The notes under the pieces were generated by a model, which did no database searches, was not told the DNA's origin, and was given only the letters and a program-made list of their open reading frames with translations. DNA of 64,000 nucleotides from a bacterium (GTDB lineage Bacteria; Patescibacteriota; Minisyncoccia; Phycocordibacterales; UBA6899), in assembly GCA_043756865.1 (NCBI GenBank), contig JAYUQG010000024.1, positions 91,259 to 155,258 of the forward strand. Direction: 5' to 3'. Shown one piece after another: positions 57,778 through 64,000 of this stretch (position 1 is the first letter of the stretch; each line of letters begins with the position of its first letter). A program made the position numbers and the translations under genes.

Positions 57778-58093
57778 GATTACCTTTTCGGAGCGTGTTG
57801 TGCGGCTTGCGCGCGCGATACCTGCCGGCCGCGTGACTACGTACGGACGTATTTCTCGGGCTGCTGGTGGCGGAGGCATGGCGGCACAAAGCATTACAAC
57901 TATTCTTAGCAAAGCGTGGGATGTGGGTATTAAAGATATTCCCTTTCATCGTATTGTGTATGCGAATGGGAGAATTTGGGTTGACGAAGCGCATCGCGCG
58001 AAACGCATGCAGCTCTACAAAAAAGAAGGAATTCTTATCGACAATCGTGACCGTGTTGTGCATTTTAACGACATTCTTCTTGAGTATAAGTAG
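57758..58093 (+). CDS. Alkyltransferase-like (ATL) protein: MGMT DNA-binding domain with the active-site Cys replaced (PFHR instead of PCHR)
   Basis: ERVVRLARAIPAGRVTTYGRISRAAG..IPFHRIVYANGRI.. has the MGMT helix-turn-helix and Asn hinge pattern, but Phe sits where the alkyl-acceptor Cys would be. 111 aa. Confidence 0.65.
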   Translation: MKPQANKITFSERVVRLARAIPAGRVTTYGRISRAAGGGGMAAQSITTILSKAWDVGIKDIPFHRIVYANGRIWVDEAHRAKRMQLYKKEGILIDNRDRVVHFNDILLEYK

Positions 58094-58155
58094 CATGTTG
58101 CGAAACTGAGGTATCTGCCTATACTCATGAGAGATGTCAGTCACTGGAGTTTAAA

Positions 58156-58842
58156 ATGCAGTTTCGTCCTCAGACCATTCTGGCCTACGTGATGGTTGCC
58201 ATGGTTGCAATCTACTTATTCTTCCCTTCCACTTCACCTGAGATAGAAACGGTGGTGGTGCCGAGTCGCCCAGATACACAGACCTTGATGAATGAGTCAG
58301 TCATTCGCATCAAGGATTTCGAACTGACCGTCCGGCTTGCTGGAGGGCATGCAGAATTTCCCGCAGACCCAAACGAGCCTGATGGCGTGAAGGGTACAGT
58401 TGAGCTGCTCCCAATCGTCGCCAAGAAGGAGGTCATTGTCGGGGAGGGTGACCCACCGCGGAAGGCCACATATGTCTTTAGCGTCGCTGTGGTGAATGCA
58501 GGGGGGAGCGGAAGCTTCTCATATCTTCTGATGTACTACGATGACGGCAAATCGCTTGGCCACGTTGCCTCCGCCGGTCTTGGTGACCGCGTAGTTATCC
58601 AAGAACTGAAAGTGGGAGAGTTTCTGGATAGGGGAGGAGAAAACTTCCCTGTGATGGTCCGCATACTTGGGCGTGAAGAAGGTGGTGCAGGTGGAAGCCC
58701 TCCACAGGTTTCAAAAGTGCTCATCTTTCGAGTCAAAAAAGACTCAGAAACATTGACTCCTGAAGTTATGTCGCCACAGGTGGTTCCGTATGTTCCGGGT
58801 AATCCGACAATCCCACCGGCTCCACCGTTGGGCGGGGATTAA
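58156..58842 (+). CDS. Hypothetical secreted/membrane-anchored protein
   Basis: N-terminal TM helix, followed by a beta-rich domain and a Gly/Pro-rich C-terminus. Confidence 0.45.
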   Translation: MQFRPQTILAYVMVAMVAIYLFFPSTSPEIETVVVPSRPDTQTLMNESVIRIKDFELTVRLAGGHAEFPADPNEPDGVKGTVELLPIVAKKEVIVGEGDPPRKATYVFSVAVVNAGGSGSFSYLLMYYDDGKSLGHVASAGLGDRVVIQELKVGEFLDRGGENFPVMVRILGREEGGAGGSPPQVSKVLIFRVKKDSETLTPEVMSPQVVPYVPGNPTIPPAPPLGGD

Positions 58843-58877
58843 TCAAAACCGCGAAAGTATCGCGGTTTTTTTATATC

Positions 58878-59888
58878 TCAGAGAGTGTACGCGCCACCTT
58901 CAAAAATTATTTCGTCGTCGACAAGTACGCGGTCAACGACGGGGAAGAGGTCGACATGAAAGCGCGCTTTGTGTGTTACGATGCCCTCCTTTTTGTATAC
59001 GCTATGCTTTTCTCCAAGCGAAAGATGCTGCCCAAGAATTCGTTCAAACGCGGTAACGTCATCGATGTAGCGTTCGCGTGTAATGGCACGATTTAGTCCA
59101 AAGCCGATTTCGCGCACCAGGGGTCGCTCGTTTGCGGTGATGCTCGCAATAACTTCGGGAAATGATGCAGGGGCATTCTCCGCCCAGCCTATAACGACGC
59201 CTTCTTTCACATCTACGCGAAAGGGTTCGTGCATAGCAACTGAGAAGTCGCTTCCCGCATACGCATAGACGACGAAGGAGCCATTCATTTGTGCAAAGTC
59301 GCGACTTTCAGTAAATACTTCTCCGATAGGGAATGTGCCGCCGATGTTCTCCATACCCGCATAGTCACCAAGATTTGGTTTCGGGGTTTCAAGCCCCCCT
59401 GTCACCACAAGTGCATGTGTGCCCGCTTCGATGCGCAGCACTTTGCAGTTGGCCAGCTTTGTTTGGAGCTTCGGTCCGATGACTCGGTACCACGATGGGT
59501 CATAGGCAAGCGCGTTGATATACACATCCCACACCTCTTCTTTGTTGCGATAGAGATGGGTGTGCTCGATAACCTTTAGCTTGAGTTTAAAGAGATGCAG
59601 ACGTATGCGAAAGTCATCCAGTCGGAAACTCGAGGTTTGGATAAGCACAACAAGGTCGCGCGGACTGAGTCCGTCGAATGCGGCAATCACTTCCTCCTTT
59701 GTCACCGTATCGAAGTCGATAAACTGTGCGTGAGGTAGCACGGTGCGATATGCAGCAGTCAGAATGTCTGTAAGACCATTTTGGGTGTCATAGACGACAA
59801 GTGCCCGCTCGGGGCTCTTGTGTTCGAGTGCAAGGGTGACCATGTCGCCGATATTCTTTGTTGCGAGCTGGAGCAGTTCCGCGTTCAT
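58878..59888 (-). CDS. Aminopeptidase, possibly M29 (AmpS/PepS-like) family
   Basis: 336 aa. Segments ..VREIGFGLNRAI.. and ..GTHALVV..EVFTE.. resemble M29 aminopeptidases. Tentative. Confidence 0.35.
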   Translation of the reverse strand: MNAELLQLATKNIGDMVTLALEHKSPERALVVYDTQNGLTDILTAAYRTVLPHAQFIDFDTVTKEEVIAAFDGLSPRDLVVLIQTSSFRLDDFRIRLHLFKLKLKVIEHTHLYRNKEEVWDVYINALAYDPSWYRVIGPKLQTKLANCKVLRIEAGTHALVVTGGLETPKPNLGDYAGMENIGGTFPIGEVFTESRDFAQMNGSFVVYAYAGSDFSVAMHEPFRVDVKEGVVIGWAENAPASFPEVIASITANERPLVREIGFGLNRAITRERYIDDVTAFERILGQHLSLGEKHSVYKKEGIVTHKARFHVDLFPVVDRVLVDDEIIFEGGAYTL

Positions 59889-60065
59889 ACCAAGAGCCTA
59901 TCGTAAATATATTGAAATACCAAATTTATTTTGTTCAACAAAAAACCCGACATTGGCGTGGATGTATCACGGTTTCCCTGAGGAGTGATCTGGGAACTGC
60001 TGTTCAGCTATAACACACTTGCTTGACTGGCACACACATTCATGTTATTTTAAAACCAGTAACAC

Positions 60066-60656
60066 ATGACAACACTTCCCGATTTATCGATAGGAACACA
60101 AATGAGTTTTGAACAAATGGTGACTGCAGTACGCGAACTTGGTGACAATGGCGCCTATATCGGCCGGCTTTGCCCTCCGCATTTGGGGCACCTCTATCTC
60201 GCCGACCTCCTGCTTCAGGCGTTTCCCAGCACGCACATGATTGGGGTCGGAAGTTGCAACGAGAAGGTTTCGTTCAAGCACCTCTTCAACTACGGTGATA
60301 AGCGCGATGTGTTGCGCCTCGTATATCCACAAGCGACGATTCTCCCAGTTCCCGACTTCGGCAACGATGCGCTCTGGTTTTCCGCCATCGATGACCAGTT
60401 GAGTGCAATGGGAAGAAATCCCAAGGACACCGTCTTCATCGGCGGGTGCGAAGAAGAAGTTGAGTTCTACTACAAGGCTGGGCGAAAGGTCTTCATCGTG
60501 AATCGCTTCGGGGGGCTCACCACCAAGGTGAGCGGCACTGAAGTACGCGACGCACTCATCGAAGGGAGACCACTTGATGGAATGCTCCATCCAAGCACAA
60601 TTCCACTTGTGAAAGAACGTTTCGTGTTGCGCTGGGAAGAATTGCGCAGCAAATAG
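60066..60656 (+). CDS. Nicotinamide-nucleotide adenylyltransferase-like cytidylyltransferase (NadM-type HxGH)
   Basis: GRLCPPHLGHLYLADLL is the (H/T)xGH nucleotidyltransferase motif. About 190 aa. Confidence 0.55.
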   Translation: MTTLPDLSIGTQMSFEQMVTAVRELGDNGAYIGRLCPPHLGHLYLADLLLQAFPSTHMIGVGSCNEKVSFKHLFNYGDKRDVLRLVYPQATILPVPDFGNDALWFSAIDDQLSAMGRNPKDTVFIGGCEEEVEFYYKAGRKVFIVNRFGGLTTKVSGTEVRDALIEGRPLDGMLHPSTIPLVKERFVLRWEELRSK

Positions 60657-60700
60657 CAAACAGACAGCACCCGCATGATGCGGGTGTTTTTTTGTGTACA
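60657..60700. terminator. Bidirectional terminator between convergent genes
   Basis: cagcacccgcatgatgcgggtgtttttttgtg. Confidence 0.7.
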
Positions 60701-60720
60701 AAATAACACGCCTTGGCGTG

Positions 60721-61365
60721 TTATGTAATTACGATGCGCAGATTTTTTCCCGTTCTCTGTGCATGCCCGACTACTTTCTCACCGATATATATCATCGTGT
60801 CCGCAAGTGTGGAACAAACAAAAAACGCACTTGCGATATATTCTTGAAACATGAAGAGCGTTGCAGTTTCGATGCGGGAGTACTGCCTGTGCAGATACAT
60901 GTGGTACAGGGAGAGTCGGTGGGGAAGCCAGCCTGGCGCAATCCTCCGTTCTGCCAAGAGGTCAATTTCGAATTGCATCGATTCCCCCGTGTCTTCGCAC
61001 GGACGCGATATTGCCTCTTTCGGAAGCGTAATCGTGAGTGCCGTCGCAGGAGAGTGGGCGAATGACTTCAGCACAGTTTCAAATGCGGTATGGTGACATA
61101 GAGTTCCGGTGTGCCCGACAATCGTAAGTTCGGTGCAATCGGCAAGGATTTGTCGCGTAAAGTCCTCGTGCATTTCACCAAGTGACGAACGTTGGTGCTG
61201 CAGGGTGTCGCTTTTGCGTAAGTACGTGAACGCCTCGGCTCGGTTGAGAATGACGAAGATGTCTCGTTCGTCATACTGTGTAACGTGAGCGATAATTGCA
61301 GCTCGCGTGAGGTGCATTGTGTCGTAGCGGGTTTGCGGATGCACCACGAGAAGTTTCTTTCCCAT
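60721..61365 (-). CDS. Isochorismatase-family cysteine hydrolase (possible nicotinamidase PncA-like)
   Basis: KKLLVVHPQTRYD.. and ..LTIVGHTGTLCHHTAFE carry the isochorismatase-like nucleophile Cys. Convergent with the NMNAT-like gene. Confidence 0.45.
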   Translation of the reverse strand: MGKKLLVVHPQTRYDTMHLTRAAIIAHVTQYDERDIFVILNRAEAFTYLRKSDTLQHQRSSLGEMHEDFTRQILADCTELTIVGHTGTLCHHTAFETVLKSFAHSPATALTITLPKEAISRPCEDTGESMQFEIDLLAERRIAPGWLPHRLSLYHMYLHRQYSRIETATLFMFQEYIASAFFVCSTLADTMIYIGEKVVGHAQRTGKNLRIVIT

Positions 61366-61479
61366 AGTCCTCTCTTAACAAGTCTGTCATCAGAAAACAC
61401 CCACAGTGCTACTTTTGCAAGTTTGCGCGAAGCACACAATAAAAAAGCCCCCTAGGGGGCTTTGTGTACAAAAGTAGAT

Positions 61480-62733
61480 TCAGTCTTTCCCGACTTCGCG
61501 AAGCATCGGTGCTTCGGCTGGGCCAGTCGGGGTGGGGGTGCCACCACGGCGAGAGACAACTTCGTCTTCGATTCTGTTCTTGGCTTCGATATTGTCGTAG
61601 ATGTAGCCGAAACGCTTCAGGAAGGCGTTGAAGACATCATGCAGGATGCGCAACGTGATGATCTTGCGGATTGCGCGCAGGCCCATGCTGAAAGGCCAGA
61701 AGAAGACCCACAGGAACAGTTGCCCCTTGTGTTCGTTCTTCGTCGTGGGGCTACGCTTCGTTGCCTTGCCGATGATGTAGTCGCTGAACTCGGGAACGAG
61801 GACGGTTTTCTCGGGCGTCGAACGACCAAGTTGCTGCGACCAGTACTTCAGGTCTTCGTCGGTGAAGGGGGCGTCTTCGGCTCCCTCTGCTTTCGTGAAC
61901 GCAGCCCTGAGTCTGTTTTCTTCGTCAGAGATGGCTTTCAGACCATACTGCACATCTTGCGAGTTGAAACTGCCCATCGAGACAGCCTTGGTGGGCAAGG
62001 GGTCATCTTTCGACAGTCCCGTACCCTTGCGGAAGTCCGTGCGCAGCTTGACCAGTGCGTCCATGCTCTCCTTGAGTTGGAGCGCCAGTTGCGTCTTGGT
62101 CTCGGTGAAGAGTTCGTGCAGGAAGGCACTGAAGTCTTTCCAGCGGTACACGCTCCAGCCGATGCCGATGGCCACCCAGATGGCGATTGCAGGCGCTGCC
62201 TTCCATGACATCAGCGTTTCCCAGATGGGAAGACCACCGTAGTTCAGGAATGCGAGCATGCCGACGAAAATCAGGGTTGTGGCGAACTCGTGCGTGTCGA
62301 TGCGCTCGCGCTGTCCGCGCTTGCTTTCACGCCAGAACCACCCGATACGCGAGTCGGAATATTCCGACAAGATACCGATTGCAGCCATGGGAATGAAGAG
62401 CACGAGGGCAAACGCGAGCCAGCCGATGGTGCCCATGCCGACCAAGAGCCAGCCACCCGCAAAGAGTGCGCCGAATGCAGCGGTGACACCAACGAACAGG
62501 CCTTTGAGAAAGCCGGTGTTTTCAGATTGCGCTGTGGTTGTTTCCGCGGCGACGCGGACGACGGTTTCAGGTGCGCGGGAGGGTGTGGACTGCGCAGCAG
62601 TACCCGATGGTGTTTGCGCATTTGCCACGACGGTAGCCGTTGCAACAGTACTTGCTGTCGTCGCGTCAGCGGGCGGTTTGAAGACAAACCATCCTGCTAT
62701 CGCAAGAACTATTACGAAAAACAAAGTCTTCAT
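61480..62733 (-). CDS. Hypothetical membrane protein (GC-rich gene)
   Basis: 417 aa. N-terminal signal/TM, then an Ala/Thr-rich tract, several TM helices and a soluble C-terminus. The overlapping + strand ORFs are read as GC-rich artefacts. Confidence 0.55.
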   Translation of the reverse strand: MKTLFFVIVLAIAGWFVFKPPADATTASTVATATVVANAQTPSGTAAQSTPSRAPETVVRVAAETTTAQSENTGFLKGLFVGVTAAFGALFAGGWLLVGMGTIGWLAFALVLFIPMAAIGILSEYSDSRIGWFWRESKRGQRERIDTHEFATTLIFVGMLAFLNYGGLPIWETLMSWKAAPAIAIWVAIGIGWSVYRWKDFSAFLHELFTETKTQLALQLKESMDALVKLRTDFRKGTGLSKDDPLPTKAVSMGSFNSQDVQYGLKAISDEENRLRAAFTKAEGAEDAPFTDEDLKYWSQQLGRSTPEKTVLVPEFSDYIIGKATKRSPTTKNEHKGQLFLWVFFWPFSMGLRAIRKIITLRILHDVFNAFLKRFGYIYDNIEAKNRIEDEVVSRRGGTPTPTGPAEAPMLREVGKD

Positions 62734-62883
62734 GTCTCAATCTCTCTTTCTCACTGTGTTGTAAAGAAGGGCCTCCGTAATAACTACTACGTTTTATAAA
62801 ATTGTCAAGCGTCTCTGTTGGGAGCATGTGTTTAATTTTTCAAAATCACTTATAATAGAGTAAATCACTTAACCTCATCTACT

Positions 62884-63090
62884 ATGAATAAAACAACCCT
62901 TATTGGGATACTGCTATTTATCGCACTTTTGCTTGTCGGGGCATTAGGGTTTCTTTTGTTTGGCTCGTCGGGCAGCGACGAGGCTCGCGCGTGTACCGAA
63001 GAAGCAAAACTTTGCCCAGATGGAAGTGCTGTTGGCAGGACTGGCCCCAATTGTGCATTCGCTGTATGTCCCGAAGTCTCAAAGCTGTAG
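62884..63090 (+). CDS. Small secreted Cys-containing peptide
   Basis: 68 aa. Signal-anchor LIGILLFIALLLVGALGFLLFG. Four Cys in the mature part. Confidence 0.4.
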   Translation: MNKTTLIGILLFIALLLVGALGFLLFGSSGSDEARACTEEAKLCPDGSAVGRTGPNCAFAVCPEVSKL

Positions 63091-63190
63091 GTTTTTGACA
63101 TTGCAGATGGTACGGAAATCAAGTGGAGATTTGACGGAGTACTGCCCACACTTATACTGCACTTAGTTGGTACAACATCTTGGAGGTCGA

Positions 63191-63961
63191 ATGACCGAAG
63201 CTATAAATGTGCGCATTCCCGACCTTATCACTCCGAAAACGGATGAAGACTTCTTTGCAATTGGCAGGTTGCTCTTGCCACGCTCGACGTGCTTGAAGAC
63301 TCAAACTGCTGCGCTTATCGTGCAGGACGGTGTCATCGTCTCGTACGGGTACAACATGTGCTGTCCGCAGGGGCAACTTTACGGCATGCCCGTAGCGCAC
63401 TGTCCTCGTGTGGACACGAAGACGGGTACCGCATATGCACTTTGCAAGCCGATTCATGCTGAGGTGGTTGCAGTCTTAAACGCATTTGGTATTAGCCACG
63501 CAGAACGCACATCGCTCTGGCATTTCCCTGGGCATCTGGTGAAGCTTTTTCAGTACAAAGACTACTTCAGGGGTAAGGCGACGTTATACTTGCTCGGTCA
63601 CTACTGGGCGTGCGAGGAGTGTGTTGCCTTTCTCAAGCTCATTGGAATAACGGAAATAAAGTTTGATGACCTCTCTGGCAATGCAACGCTCTCGACATAT
63701 GCCAGAGCAGGGCTGACTGGTACCGAAAGCGGCTGTGTCACTTCGGGGACGCTGCTTATGGGTGTGGTATCCGTTACGCTCACACCTACGGCAAGCGAAA
63801 GCGAACTCTGCGCACGCCTCGGCCTCACCACAGGGCTCTGTCTACCTAAAGAAACAGGTGTTGCACTCCTGCGGGTTCCTGCCGGGACAGAGTTTGAGTG
63901 GGCGAAGCTCCTCGCAACCGATGCTTCCGTCATTGAAGCAAACTTGATTTATCGGCACTGA
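63191..63961 (+). CDS. Cytidine/deoxycytidylate deaminase family protein with a C-terminal extension
   Basis: RBS ggagg before the ATG at 63191. CDA zinc motifs PIHAEVVAVLNA (HAE) and YWACEECVAFL (CxxC). Confidence 0.6.
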   Translation: MTEAINVRIPDLITPKTDEDFFAIGRLLLPRSTCLKTQTAALIVQDGVIVSYGYNMCCPQGQLYGMPVAHCPRVDTKTGTAYALCKPIHAEVVAVLNAFGISHAERTSLWHFPGHLVKLFQYKDYFRGKATLYLLGHYWACEECVAFLKLIGITEIKFDDLSGNATLSTYARAGLTGTESGCVTSGTLLMGVVSVTLTPTASESELCARLGLTTGLCLPKETGVALLRVPAGTEFEWAKLLATDASVIEANLIYRH

Positions 63962-64000
63962 CGCTACCGGCACAACACTGTGCCGGTTTTGCTTTGCAAA

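Noticed and set aside
61462-62799. Several + strand ORFs (61462..62208, 62258..62764, 62290..62799) inside the GC-rich region
   Set aside because: They are antisense to a coherent 417-aa membrane protein on the minus strand. Arg/Ala/Gly-rich translations are typical of GC-rich antisense frames.

Overview
Gene-dense bacterial window of about 64 kb, almost all on the + strand, roughly 50% GC. It may come from a small-genome, pilus-rich lineage such as CPR/Patescibacteria, but that is a guess from gene content. Backbone, left to right: a type IV pilus locus (PilC C-terminus, major pilin, prepilin peptidase PilD, three further pilin-like genes and a PilX-like gene); ligA; gatC-gatA followed by a membrane-anchored HEPN-like protein; a secreted hypothetical; a tRNA cluster (Asp, two CAT-anticodon tRNAs, two Thr); ICMT-like methyltransferase; NUDIX; GNAT; SAM methyltransferase; bifunctional PBP1A; GDPD; prfB; a 2OG-Fe(II) oxygenase-like gene; ftsE and ftsX separated by a 2.3 kb insertion; pyrG; membrane proteins; a PIF1/RecD-like helicase; an SbmA/BacA-family transporter framed by ~115 bp direct repeats; a TfoX_N protein; tRNA-Gln followed by a ~3.9 kb island-like segment (att-like tRNA 3'-end repeats, XRE regulator, DUF2726 nuclease-like protein, membrane protein, UDG-superfamily-like protein, hypothetical); a 915-aa secreted alpha/beta hydrolase; a collagen-like gene broken across three frames; a run of small DUF, VOC and SRPBCC genes; an esterase gene fragment; a MITE-like element; a copper-associated pair (secreted His/Met-rich protein plus DUF411); PQQ-dependent sugar dehydrogenase; a frameshifted rdgB; DoxX; SWIB; an alkyltransferase-like (ATL) protein; aminopeptidase; an NMNAT/isochorismatase-family pair; and a dCMP-deaminase-like gene. 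No rRNA and no CRISPR array. The best candidates for an undescribed system are the tRNA-Gln island (XRE, DUF2726, TM protein, UDG-like, unknown), the membrane HEPN protein sitting where gatB is usually found, and the two-gene insertion splitting ftsE from ftsX, which carries a perfect consensus promoter. All homology calls rest on motifs recognised by eye from the translations, and ORF start sites are approximate.
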